NCBI GenBank assembly: GCA_965203905.1
Contig: CBDBDQ010000005.1
Coordinates: 96,001-160,000 of the forward strand
Direction of reading: 5' to 3'
Source of the DNA: Spirochaetia bacterium
GTDB lineage: Bacteria; Spirochaetota; Spirochaetia; SZUA-6; Bin103
DNA: 64,000 nt
Position 1 is the stretch's first letter, and the number at the start of each line of letters is the position of its first letter. The position numbers and the translations under genes are program-made. Shown piece after piece: positions 1 through 9,445 of this stretch. The notes below the pieces were generated by a model. The model ran no database searches and was not told where the DNA came from. It worked only from the letters and a program-made list of their open reading frames with translations.

Positions 1-718
1 GCTTCACCAGGTTCATCACCCCCTTCATGCGTCCTTCGACGATCGGGCCGAGCACTACCGTCAGCGCGGTAAGGAACAGGGTCAGGCCGATGAGGAACAT
101 CGACACCACGAACCACCGGGCATCCGAGCTGATCGGTACGGTCTCGGCGACCGCGTCGTCGTAGCCGAGCGTAGTATAGGTCATGAGCGTGAAGTACACC
201 GCGTCGGTCCAGCCGTCGATGCTCTTGAACTGGTCCCGCATCAGGTAGGTGCCGACGATGCCGTAGACCAGGGCCAGCCCCACGGCGATCACCGCCACCA
301 CCTGCCCGTAGGTGAGGCGTCTCGCGGCGCGCACCGAGAACCTGTGCTGGAACGCCAGCAGTGCGGCAATCACCAGCAGAGTCGGTACCAGAGTGGCGAT
401 GCCGTGCCCTTGAAACAGGTAGTACAGGCTGGACGCCAGGTCCAATGCCTGCAGCGCCAAGGCGATGCCCCAGGCCCGACGCCGGCGCTCGAACAGACCC
501 TTGGCCACCAGCACCTGGAAAACGCCGAACAGCATCCGGACGAGGCCCGGCACGTTGTCGCCGGGGAGCTCCCATCCCACCATCTGTGCGAAGCCGGTCG
601 TCAACAGCAGCACGCCGTTGAGTGCGATCGCGAGCGCGATCCAGGTGGTGGCCCGCGGCAGGCGGCGCCGACGCGGGTTCCTCTGAGGATCGCCTCGCGC
701 TGGTGACAGCTTCGTCAT
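1..718 (-). CDS. Kch-like potassium channel family membrane protein (runs off the window start)
   Basis: Not in ORF track; manual translation from ATG at 718 (MTKLSPARG...) gives several hydrophobic helices, then the pore segment WTDAVYFTLMTYTTLGYDD and an inner helix ARWFVVSMFLIGLTLFLTALTVVLGP. Confidence 0.85.
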   Translation of the reverse strand, partial: MTKLSPARGDPQRNPRRRRLPRATTWIALAIALNGVLLLTTGFAQMVGWELPGDNVPGLVRMLFGVFQVLVAKGLFERRRRAWGIALALQALDLASSLYYLFQGHGIATLVPTLLVIAALLAFQHRFSVRAARRLTYGQVVAVIAVGLALVYGIVGTYLMRDQFKSIDGWTDAVYFTLMTYTTLGYDDAVAETVPISSDARWFVVSMFLIGLTLFLTALTVVLGPIVEGRMKGVMNLVK

Positions 719-752
719 CCCGTGATGGAGATTGATTCAGGTCCGCGGGGCA

Positions 753-1355
753 CTACGATCGGGCCAGAATCGCCTCCTCGATCTGGTCGAACGCGTTCCG
801 GTACAGGTCGGCATCCAGCACCGACTCCTGGTAGGAATTCGGGTCTCTATCGGAGTATATCGTGGTCGTGAAACTGTAACTGTAAGAATCGTCGGTCAAT
901 CCGGTCTCGAAAGCGGTAACGGTTTCGGGAGCTCCCCGTCCGTATGCTCCCGAATACTCCGAACGTATCGCGAAGTGGACAATGACCCGTACCTCGACTC
1001 CGGCTTCTTCGACGAGAGCACTGGCCACCGGCGTCCTCGAAACGCCGAGGGAGGCCGGTGCAGGTTCTTCCACCGGACCTTCGGCAGTTATGACTCCTGT
1101 ATCCGGGGAGATCCCTCGGATGGTGTATCCCAGGGCCTCCAACACCGAGATCACGCTTTCGAACACGACCGGCTTCGCCGCCTCGTAGGTGCGCGAGCGT
1201 ACCGCCGGCGCGCTCTCGCCGAGGGGCGATCGAAGTTCGCGGCTGGCGGCGCCAGACTCGGCAATCGGCGGCTGCGTGGCACAACTGCCGAGCACCAGGA
1301 TGCAAGTCAAGCCAACTGCCAAAACGACCAAACCGACCGGTTTCAGTCGCGTCAT
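753..1355 (-). CDS. putative lipoprotein, function unknown
   Basis: Basic N-terminus, hydrophobic stretch and lipobox-like LVLGS-C; co-oriented with the channel gene. Confidence 0.65.
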   Translation of the reverse strand: MTRLKPVGLVVLAVGLTCILVLGSCATQPPIAESGAASRELRSPLGESAPAVRSRTYEAAKPVVFESVISVLEALGYTIRGISPDTGVITAEGPVEEPAPASLGVSRTPVASALVEEAGVEVRVIVHFAIRSEYSGAYGRGAPETVTAFETGLTDDSYSYSFTTTIYSDRDPNSYQESVLDADLYRNAFDQIEEAILARS

Positions 1356-1516
1356 CCCGCAGTACCCCCGGCTGCGATAGTACGTGAACGCGTCCGGCTA
1401 CCGCAAGCTGCCGTCGGGCGGCCGGGGGCGGCCTGGTCGGACTGCGCAGGTCAGCGAGCAGCGGCGCCGGCGCGTTCGTCCCACGACTCGAAGCAACTTG
1501 GCCTGTTGGTGACTCC

Positions 1517-2404
1517 TCATCCCTTGATGGAGCCGATCATCACGCCGCGCACGAAGTACTTCTGCACGAAGGGGTACATCATCAGCACCGGCACGCTGGC
1601 CACCACGATCAGGGAGAACTTGAGCAGCTCGCGCAGCCCCTGGCGCGCCTCGTCGTCGATCACGTCGCCGGTCAGCTCCAGGTCGATGTCGTTGGCGATC
1701 AGGATCTCGCGCAGCACGATCTGCAGCGGAAACAGGCGGTCGTCGTTGAGGTAGATGAAGGCGTTGAAGAACGCGTTCCAGTGGCCGACGGCGTAGAACA
1801 GCGTATTGACAGCGGTGATCGCCCCCGACAGCGGCACCACGATCTGCCAGATGAAGCGGGCGTCGCTGCAGCCGTCGAGCTGCGCCGCCTCCAGGAGCTC
1901 GTCGGAGATGGTGGTCTGGTAGTAGGTGCGGGTGATGATCACGTTCCAGGCGGCGATGGCGTTGGGAATCATCATCACCCAGCGCGTGTTGATCATCCCC
2001 AGCTCGCGCACCAGCAGGTAGGTCGGGATCAGCCCACCAGAAAAAATCATGGTGAAGGTGATCAGGAACATGAACAGGTTGCGCCCCACCAGGTCGCGCC
2101 GCGACAGCGGGTAGGCGGCCATGATGGTCAGCACCACGTTGATGATGGTGCCGAAGAAGGTATAGAAGACCGTGTTGGCATAGCCGCGCCAGATCAGCGC
2201 GTAGTCGAAGATGGTCTGGTAGCCGAGCAGGGTGGGCTCCACCGGCCACAGCCACACCCGCCCGCCGAGCACCGCGCGGGTGGAGCTGAACGACGCCGAC
2301 AGCACGTAGATCAGCGGATACAGCACCACCACGATGGCCAGGGCCAGCAGGGCATTGTTGCACCACTGGTAGACACGGTCGCCGTGGCTGCGTTCGATGG
2401 CCAT
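1517..2404 (-). CDS. carbohydrate ABC transporter permease (MalG-like)
   Basis: EAA loop ELLEAAQLDG, FSGGLIPTYL, PFVQKYFVRGVMIGSIKG; start set at MAIERS. Confidence 0.95.
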   Translation of the reverse strand: MAIERSHGDRVYQWCNNALLALAIVVVLYPLIYVLSASFSSTRAVLGGRVWLWPVEPTLLGYQTIFDYALIWRGYANTVFYTFFGTIINVVLTIMAAYPLSRRDLVGRNLFMFLITFTMIFSGGLIPTYLLVRELGMINTRWVMMIPNAIAAWNVIITRTYYQTTISDELLEAAQLDGCSDARFIWQIVVPLSGAITAVNTLFYAVGHWNAFFNAFIYLNDDRLFPLQIVLREILIANDIDLELTGDVIDDEARQGLRELLKFSLIVVASVPVLMMYPFVQKYFVRGVMIGSIKG

Positions 2405-2429
2405 CGCCCTGCGTTCCCCTCGCCTCACC

Positions 2430-3410
2430 TCACCACAGGCTGGTGTTGCTCACCCGCTTGGCGATTTCGTTGACGGTGATGATGAGCGCGAAGTTGATCA
2501 CCGAGTTGAACAGGCCGATCGCAGACGAGTAGGAGTAGGCCGGCAGGTTGGACTCGATGCCGATCTTGTAGACGAAGGTCTGGATGATCTCGGAAGCCTG
2601 CAGGTTGAGCGGGTTCTGCATCAGGAGCGCCTTCTCGAAGCCGACGTTCATGAGCTGGCCCATGCGCAGGATCAGCAGCACCACCGCGGTGGGCAGAATG
2701 CCGGGCACGTCGATGCGCCAGGTGCGCTGCAGCTTGCTCGCCCCGTCGACGATCGCCGCTTCGTGCAGGGTCGGGTCGATGCTCGCCAGCGCCGCCAGGA
2801 AGATGATGGTGCCCCAGCCCGCCTCCTGCCAGATGCCCGACCACACGTACACGCTCCAGAACATGCCGGCTTCGCCCATGAAGTGGACCGGGTCGAAGCC
2901 GAGCGCCTTGATCAGTGCGTTCACGGCTCCGTAGCGGGGCGACAGGAACTGCAGCAGCAGCCCCACCATCACCACGGTGGAGATGAAGTGCGGCGCGTAG
3001 GTGACCATCTGCGCGGTCTTCTTGAAGCGCGGCGCCTCCGAGTTGTTGATCAGCAGCGCCAGGATGATCGGAATCGGGAACCCCGCCACCAGCGTGTACA
3101 CGGCGATGCCGACGGTGTTGCCCACCACCCGCGTGAACTGGTAGGAGCGGAAGAACTTGACGAACTGGTCGACGCCCACCCACGGGCTGCCCCAGATGCC
3201 CTTGATGGCGATGAACTCGCGGAACGCGATCTGGGCCCCGTACATCGGCAAGTAGTGGAAGATGACGAAGAAGGCGATGGGCACGGACAGGATCAGGTAG
3301 AGCTGCCAGTTGCCGCGAATTCGCGCCAGGAGCCGTACGCTGCGCCGCCCGACCGATCGTGCCGCTGCCGTCTGCGCGCCAGCCATACCTCCCATTCTAT
3401 CAGTCCCCAC
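2430..3410 (-). CDS. carbohydrate ABC transporter permease (MalF/LplB-like)
   Basis: LHEAAIVDGA EAA loop, YAPHFIS, GWGTIIFLAAL. Confidence 0.95.
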   Translation of the reverse strand: MGTDRMGGMAGAQTAAARSVGRRSVRLLARIRGNWQLYLILSVPIAFFVIFHYLPMYGAQIAFREFIAIKGIWGSPWVGVDQFVKFFRSYQFTRVVGNTVGIAVYTLVAGFPIPIILALLINNSEAPRFKKTAQMVTYAPHFISTVVMVGLLLQFLSPRYGAVNALIKALGFDPVHFMGEAGMFWSVYVWSGIWQEAGWGTIIFLAALASIDPTLHEAAIVDGASKLQRTWRIDVPGILPTAVVLLILRMGQLMNVGFEKALLMQNPLNLQASEIIQTFVYKIGIESNLPAYSYSSAIGLFNSVINFALIITVNEIAKRVSNTSLW

Positions 3411-3520
3411 GCGACGCCGCCCAACTCGCGAGGGCGCGGTCGGAGCGGATCCCGCGTTCGGTGGTTGTGGGATATTGCGGGCTGATTGACGTTCCTGCGG
3501 AGGTCCGGCAACGCTGGCCC

Positions 3521-3803
3521 CATGAGCAATGGCAGGCCGGGTGGGAATTTCACCACGAGCGTCAGCGGCGGCACGTACATTCTGGTCGGGATCGGCGTCG
3601 GCATCGCCTCGGCGGCGTCGGCATCGGTGCCGATGGCGTTCATCTCGGGGGCGTTCTGGCCTGCCACACTCGGCTACTGGGCGGTACGCGCGCTGCAGCA
3701 GTACGCAGCCGGCGGTTTAGGCTCGCCGACTTTGAGCCCGGTCGTCAGCGCAGCAGATCCCGCATCATCGCGCCAACGGTTTGCGCAGGGTCGGTCACCT
3801 TGA
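3521..3803 (+). CDS. small hypothetical membrane protein
   Basis: Hydrophobic segment YILVGIGVGIASAASASVPMAFISGAFWPATLGYWAV with GC-rich third positions; its 3' end overlaps the mcrC remnant. Confidence 0.35.
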
Positions 3804-4365
3804 ACGGGAAGCAGGCCATCTCGAGACCGCGTTCATTCACGAACCGGAAGTGGAGCGTCTCGTGAAACTCCTTCGTCCGTGGGAAGACCAGCACGACGCG
3901 CCGGCAACCGTATCGCATCCCGTAGGCAAAGAGCTGGTACGCGTCGTCCTGACTGACGCCATGATTTGCAGCGTCGCGGTCGAGACGCTTCCACTTCGCA
4001 TCCAGCACGAATCGGACCTGCCCGTGTTCCATCAGAACGACATCGGGCTTCAGCCGAAAGGCATCGTTACCGCTACAGTCCTTCGCCAAGCTCCGGATCG
4101 GCCCTTGTGCACGCACCGTGAAACGCCGCTGGTGTCGGCGGACAGCGGCGGTGACGAAGTCCTCGAAAACCTCCTCCATCGGAAACAGCAGCGCACGGTT
4201 GACGTGCGGGCCCGCGAAGGTACCGAGGCCGTGGCCGAACAGGAACAATCCGACCCACGGCATCACGGTGTCGTAGTGTGGCATCGACCGATCGACGCGA
4301 TGCCGCACCCAGTCGTCGTCCAGGTTGGTCGAAGGCGGCACATCGGAGAACACGATGCGCCGCGG
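3745..4365 (-). pseudogene. mcrC: McrC-family restriction subunit, C-terminal half only
   Basis: FPMEEVFEDFV, LKPDVVL, VLDAKWKRL, DAYQLFAYG PD-(D/E)xK motifs; the N-terminal half and a proper start are missing. Confidence 0.85.
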
Positions 4366-4645
4366 TCGGAAGGTAGCGGAAAGCCCAGCCTCTCGTAGGT
4401 GTCTCGGAACGCGCCTTTCCGGTACGGCGGATACCGTTGCGGGTCGATCCCCATCATGAAATTTGATGCGACATTGAGACGAGTGCCCGTGGCTCTTCGT
4501 GAGAACACGCTTTCGGGCAGACTGCTATCGAATTGGCGAACGCGGTCGCCGGACGTTCGGTCGTCTTCGGACCACAGTCCCAATAGGGCCCTACGCGCCT
4601 CGCCCACGTTGTGGTCGATCCACTCGATGAGTTTGGAGTGATGCT
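4366..4645 (-). pseudogene. fragment of a probable McrB-like N-terminal domain
   Basis: Protein-like frame HSKLIEWIDHNVGEARRALLGLW...ASNFMMGIDPQRYPPYR abuts the mcrC fragment out of frame. The McrB identity is inferred from position. Confidence 0.4.
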
Positions 4646-4806
4646 CGCGTGTGCGAAACCGAAGCCGCCAAGCCTGAAGCAGGCGTCACTCTTGGCTCCC
4701 ACTTGAACTACACTTCACGCCTTAGTAGTAGCCAACGGCCAATCGGACGTCAACGACCGCGGCCGGCGTCGCGGGCGATTTCAGGCAGGAACCGGCGAGC
4801 GCGAGC

Positions 4807-4836
4807 TTGCAGGGTCGCGGATGCCGGCGCTATGAT
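4807..4836 (+). promoter_or_regulatory. sigma70-type promoter of the solute-binding protein gene
   Basis: TTGCAG (4807-4812), 18 nt, TATGAT (4831-4836), then SD AGGAGG before ATG 4869. Confidence 0.55.
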
Positions 4837-4868
4837 CGACCGTCAGAATCCCGAAGAGGAGGGAAGAG

Positions 4869-6527
4869 ATGCGCATTTCGAAGACCATTGCGATTGTTTT
4901 GATTGCCGCGCTGTTGAGCTTGGGCGCGGCCGGGACCGCGTTCGCGGCGGGCGAGGCGGAGGCGGGGGCCTCCGGGGTGGCGATGTCGGCGCCCGGGGTG
5001 CTGCCAATCGTCGAGGAGCCGGTGACCCTGCGGGTGGCGGCGATCCCTAGTGTGACGGTGGAGGATCTGCCCACCAACTACGCTACCGAATGGTTGGAGC
5101 AGCAGACCGGCGTGCACGTGGAGTGGAACGTGCTGCCGCGCAAGGATGCACGTCAGAAGATCAACCTGATGCTGACCAGCGCCACCGACCTGCCTGACGT
5201 GTTCCTGGGCAACGGCGTCGTCACGCCGGAGCAGGCGGCGCTGTACGGCGGCCAGGGGTTGTTCCTGCCGCTGAACGACTTCATCGACCGGTACAGCACC
5301 GAGGTGAAACGGTTCTTCGAGGAGAACCCGCTGATCGAGAAGATCGGCACCTCGCCGGACGGCAACATCTACAGCCTGGGCAACTACGACCTGTGCTACC
5401 ACTGCTACTACAGCCAGCGCGTCTGGTACAACAAGACCTGGCTCGACAAGCTCGGCCTGGAGGTGCCGCAGACCACCGACGAGCTGTACGCGGTGCTGAC
5501 GGCGTTCAAGACCCAGGATCCCAACGGCAACGGTAAGGCCGACGAGGTGCCGTTCACCGGCGCCACCACCGGCTGGAACACCACCCTCGACGGCTACCTG
5601 ATGAACCCGTTCGAGTACAACGACGCCCGCGACCGCCTCTACCTGGACGGTGGCACGGTGGTGGCGGCGTTCACCACCGACGGCTGGCGGGACGGGCTGC
5701 GCTGGATCAACCGGCTGTACGCGGAAGGGCTGATCGACCAGGAAGGGTTCACCCAGGACCAGAACCAGATGAAGCAGGGCGTGGAGGGCGAGACGATCCT
5801 GTACGGGGCGATCGCGGCAGGCGTGCCGGCGGCATTCTCGCTCAACGAGGGCGAGGCGACCAGGAATTTCTACCTGCTGCCGCCGGTGGCGGGGCCGAGC
5901 GGCCTGCGGCGCACGCCGTTCTTTCCGCCGGAGCACGGCTTCCGCAACGGGCGCTTCGTCATTACCCGCGAGGCCGAGCATCCCGAGGTTGCGTTCCGTT
6001 GGGCGGACTACATGTACGCCGAGGAGGCGACGCTGACGCTCTACTTCGGCGAGCAGGGCGTGGACTGGAAGTACTCGGAACCGGGCGAAGTTGGCGTGGA
6101 TGACAAGCCGGCGCTGTTCGAGGAGCTGACCATGGTGCGCGGCGTGCCGGGCCAGAACCAGGCCTGGAGCCACATGTCGCCGCGCCACGCGAGCTGGGCT
6201 ATCATCCAGAGCCGCACCACCAACCCGGACGACATCTGGTACATCGAGAAGCGCCTTTACGACGCCACCAAGAGCGGCCAGGAGCCGTACGGTGCGCCCG
6301 CGGAAATGGTACTGCCGCCATTGTTCGTGTCGCTGACCGACCAGCAGGAGTTCAACGAGCTGCGCACTACGATCAACGAGTTCGTGCGCGAGAACATCGC
6401 CCTGTTCGTGACCGGCAAGCTGGATCCGGAGAGCGACTGGGACGCCTACCTGGCGGAGCTGGACAAGATCGGCATCGACCGCTACCTGGAACTGGTGCAG
6501 AGCACCTACGACCGCGACTACCAGTAG
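4869..6527 (+). CDS. carbohydrate ABC transporter extracellular solute-binding protein
   Basis: Signal peptide, WLDKLGLEVPQTTDELYAVLTAFKTQDPNGNGKADEVP motif, C-terminal WDAYLAEL. Confidence 0.95.
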   Translation: MRISKTIAIVLIAALLSLGAAGTAFAAGEAEAGASGVAMSAPGVLPIVEEPVTLRVAAIPSVTVEDLPTNYATEWLEQQTGVHVEWNVLPRKDARQKINLMLTSATDLPDVFLGNGVVTPEQAALYGGQGLFLPLNDFIDRYSTEVKRFFEENPLIEKIGTSPDGNIYSLGNYDLCYHCYYSQRVWYNKTWLDKLGLEVPQTTDELYAVLTAFKTQDPNGNGKADEVPFTGATTGWNTTLDGYLMNPFEYNDARDRLYLDGGTVVAAFTTDGWRDGLRWINRLYAEGLIDQEGFTQDQNQMKQGVEGETILYGAIAAGVPAAFSLNEGEATRNFYLLPPVAGPSGLRRTPFFPPEHGFRNGRFVITREAEHPEVAFRWADYMYAEEATLTLYFGEQGVDWKYSEPGEVGVDDKPALFEELTMVRGVPGQNQAWSHMSPRHASWAIIQSRTTNPDDIWYIEKRLYDATKSGQEPYGAPAEMVLPPLFVSLTDQQEFNELRTTINEFVRENIALFVTGKLDPESDWDAYLAELDKIGIDRYLELVQSTYDRDYQ

Positions 6528-6554
6528 GCGACGCGGGGCATTCCGTAAGCCGAT

Positions 6555-6690
6555 ATGTCTCACAAGTACGACAGCGATACGTTCGACGCAATCATCAAGG
6601 AGATCGAAGAGACCTATCTCGAATCGGCTGGACGAGTTGCATGTCCGGCTGAGCCGGGAGATGGCTGAACAGGAAACGGACGAATCATGA
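6555..6690 (+). pseudogene. HEPN (nucleotidyltransferase substrate-binding) toxin remnant
   Basis: MSHKYDSDTFDAIIKEIEETYL resembles the end of the RxxxxHxY HEPN helix; a frameshifted tail RLDELHVRLSREMAEQETDES ends at a TGA overlapping the MNT start (ATGA). Confidence 0.6.
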
Positions 6691-7010
6691 AAGAGGTCGA
6701 ACTTCCCGCTGCTGCGCTGCGTGAGTTGGTCGCCGTGTTCAGACGCTACCCCGACCTGGAGCAGGTGATTCTGTTCGGCTCGCCGGCCACCGGCAGAGCG
6801 ACCGAGGGTTCGGACATCGACCTGGCTAGCCGCGGCATCCTGGACCGGCATCGGCTGGGGCGCCTCTCCCTCGACCTGGACGATCTCGCCATTCCCCAGG
6901 AGTGCGGCTTGCTGGCGTACGAGCAGATCCACCATGCCCCGCTGAAGGCCCACATCGACCGGTGGGGGGTTCCGATCTACGAACGCGGAAGAGGAGTAGT
7001 CGAAACATGA
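6687..7010 (+). CDS. minimal nucleotidyltransferase (MNT) antitoxin-like protein
   Basis: VILFGSPATG...SDIDLA motif (GS..DxD). Confidence 0.85.
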   Translation: MKEVELPAAALRELVAVFRRYPDLEQVILFGSPATGRATEGSDIDLASRGILDRHRLGRLSLDLDDLAIPQECGLLAYEQIHHAPLKAHIDRWGVPIYERGRGVVET

Positions 7011-7861
7011 AGATTCTGGTGACAGGGGCGAGCGGGTTCATTGGCCGCGCGCTGGTAGGCGAGTTGGCCAAGCGCCATGAGGTGGTGGCACTGGCGCGCG
7101 GGCGCCCGACGCTGGAGGTGCCGGTGGTGCGCGGAGACTTCCAGCAGTACGAGGACCTGCTGCGGCTGGACGAACACCGCTTCGACGGCGCGGTGCATCT
7201 GGGCGCGGTGACCGGCGGCGCGCCGGAGCACACGGCGATCATGGTGAACGCGGTCGGCACCCGTACCCTGCTGCACTACCTGCGCCACCGCGGCTGCCGC
7301 AAGATCGTCACCGCCAGCTCGATTGCCGCGGTGGGGTTCCAGACCAAGGCGTTCCGTCCGCTGCAACTGCCGATTCCCGACGAGCACCCGTGCCTGGACC
7401 GGGACGGCTACGGGGTCTCCAAGTACCTGATGGAGGAGCTTACCCGCTACGTGCAGCGCCAGGACCCGGCGCTGGACATCATCAACCTGCGGTTGTCGTC
7501 GGTGTGCCGGGACGACGCGCAACGCCCGCTGGCGACTCCCGGACCGCTACGGGAGTGGGCGCTGGGCGGCATTACGATGATGACGCTGAAGGACGCCGTG
7601 GCCGCCTTCACCGCGGCGGTGGAGGCGCCGCTGAAGCCGGGCCTGCGTATCCTCAACACCACCGGGCCGCGCGCCTGGGTGGCGGTGCCGACCGCCGAGG
7701 TGCTGAGGAGCTGGTGGGGCGACGAGGTCGACCTGAGCTGGTTCGAGCAGCCGGGCCACGAGTGGGACAGCACCTACGACGTGCGCCGCATCGAGCAGGA
7801 GCTGGGCTTCGTAGCCCGGCACCTGCCGCAACCGCACGCGCCGGCCCGGGAGACGGGTTAA
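7007..7861 (+). CDS. NAD-dependent epimerase/dehydratase
   Basis: MKILVTGASGFIG Rossmann motif; YGVSK (YxxxK). Confidence 0.9.
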   Translation: MKILVTGASGFIGRALVGELAKRHEVVALARGRPTLEVPVVRGDFQQYEDLLRLDEHRFDGAVHLGAVTGGAPEHTAIMVNAVGTRTLLHYLRHRGCRKIVTASSIAAVGFQTKAFRPLQLPIPDEHPCLDRDGYGVSKYLMEELTRYVQRQDPALDIINLRLSSVCRDDAQRPLATPGPLREWALGGITMMTLKDAVAAFTAAVEAPLKPGLRILNTTGPRAWVAVPTAEVLRSWWGDEVDLSWFEQPGHEWDSTYDVRRIEQELGFVARHLPQPHAPARETG

Positions 7862-7904
7862 CCGCCGCCGGCCGCATGCCAGCGTCGCCAACGGGATCGC
7901 GGGA

Positions 7905-9308
7905 GTGCCGTACGCGACGCTGAAGTTCGGCGCCGCGTACCGCGACATCACCCCGGCCTACCCGGTGTGGCTGGCCGGCTACGGCGGTCGCAAGGAGCGC
8001 TCGCGCGGCGTCAGCGAACCGATCATCGCCGGCGTGCTGGCCGTGCAGTCCGGCGAGCAGGCGCCGGTTCTGATCGTCACGCTGGACGTGGTAGGGGTCC
8101 CCGATGTGCCTCAGCGCGACCTGCGCGGGCGGATTGCAGCGGCCACCGGAGTGCCGGAGCAGGCGATTCTGATTGCCTGCTCGCATACTCACTACGCGCC
8201 GTCGCTCTGGGTCCAGCGCCTGTCTGCGCCGGTGCTCGGCCTCAACGAGCCTGACACCGCCTACCGCGAGGAGCTGTGGGCCGCGGTGGTCTCGTGCGCC
8301 ACCGAGGGCCTGCAGCGGCTACGACCTGGGCGCGTCGAGATCATGCGCACGCGCGTTCCGCAGGTGCATTTCAACCGCCGTCCGCGGCTGCCGGACGGCT
8401 CGGTGCAGAGCAACCTCGTCTACCCCGCCGACGAGGCCGTCGCCGCCGACCTCACCTTCACCGCGACCGACGACGAGCTGGTGGCGCTGCGCTTCATCGG
8501 GGACGATACCGACGCCGCCGGGGCGATGCTGGTGAACTTCGCCTGCCACCCGGTGACCGGCGACCATCTCGGCGACCGCCAATCGCTGCTCGTCTCCGCC
8601 GACTGGGTCCACTACCTGCGCGCCGAGCTGGGCGCCGAGTTCGGCTGCCCGGCGTTCTTCCTGCAAGGCGCCGCCGGCGACGTGGTGCCGCTGCGCCGGC
8701 TGGGCAAGAGCCGGCGCTGGATCGGCGCCACCCTGGCCCACGCCGTCCTGCTCGGCGAGCGCACCTTCCGTCCGCTGCCGGTAGACGCCGTCGAGGTGGC
8801 GTGGGACGAGCTGGAGGAACGCACGCGCACCCCCACGGCCGAGATCGACACCGAGGCGCGCCTCGATGCCGCCACCGCCCGCCTCCGCGCGCTGACCGAG
8901 AGCGGGGGCGCCTCCGAGGTGGGTTTGCCAGAACGTGCGCAGGCGGCCGGGGCGTGGGACCAAGCGTTGCAGTTCGCCTACAAGGCGCGCCGCTGGCCCG
9001 GCGACCGCTTCACCGTGGCGATCCAATACCTGCGCCTGGGGCCGGTCACACTGGTGGCGCTGCCGTTCGAGGTGCTCGCCGAACTCGCGCTGGAAATGAA
9101 GCGCAGCGACCCGCACGCCGTCCTGGTGGCATATGCCAACGGCTACGAGGGCTACCTGCCGTTCGAGCACGACCTGGCGCGCGGCGGCTACGAGGCGCTG
9201 GACCGCTCCGCGCATATGGCGCCGGGCAGCGCCGAACGCATATTGGCGCGTATCCGCTCCCGACTCGAAAGCTGGCGGCGGCAGCCGAATCGACGAGGTA
9301 CGGGCTAA
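7905..9308 (+). CDS. neutral/alkaline ceramidase-like metallo-hydrolase
   Basis: ACSHTHYAP, NFACHP, SADW, QGAAGD, YANGYEGYLP and GGYE motifs. Confidence 0.75.
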   Translation: MPYATLKFGAAYRDITPAYPVWLAGYGGRKERSRGVSEPIIAGVLAVQSGEQAPVLIVTLDVVGVPDVPQRDLRGRIAAATGVPEQAILIACSHTHYAPSLWVQRLSAPVLGLNEPDTAYREELWAAVVSCATEGLQRLRPGRVEIMRTRVPQVHFNRRPRLPDGSVQSNLVYPADEAVAADLTFTATDDELVALRFIGDDTDAAGAMLVNFACHPVTGDHLGDRQSLLVSADWVHYLRAELGAEFGCPAFFLQGAAGDVVPLRRLGKSRRWIGATLAHAVLLGERTFRPLPVDAVEVAWDELEERTRTPTAEIDTEARLDAATARLRALTESGGASEVGLPERAQAAGAWDQALQFAYKARRWPGDRFTVAIQYLRLGPVTLVALPFEVLAELALEMKRSDPHAVLVAYANGYEGYLPFEHDLARGGYEALDRSAHMAPGSAERILARIRSRLESWRRQPNRRGTG

Positions 9309-9445
9309 TCGAGCAGGGCCTGGTAGACCAGGTGCGGCACCTTCTCGCCAGTCTGGAGGTGGTCGGCGGGGATGATCTGCGCCATCGTGATCACGAACAG
9401 CTCCGCGGCAACGATCGCCGTGGGGTCGAATCTGGCGTCGCTCAC
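9305..9445 (-). pseudogene. 46-aa ORF coupled to the upstream oxidoreductase; probable truncated gene
   Basis: GTG start overlaps the TGA of 9442-10473 (GTGA); MSDARFDPTAIVAAELFVITMAQ...; its stop overlaps the convergent gene's stop. Confidence 0.3.

Noticed and set aside
1517-6527. ABC importers lacking an ATPase gene as a novelty
   Set aside because: Normal for carbohydrate (CUT1) importers, which share an MsiK/MalK-type ATPase encoded elsewhere.
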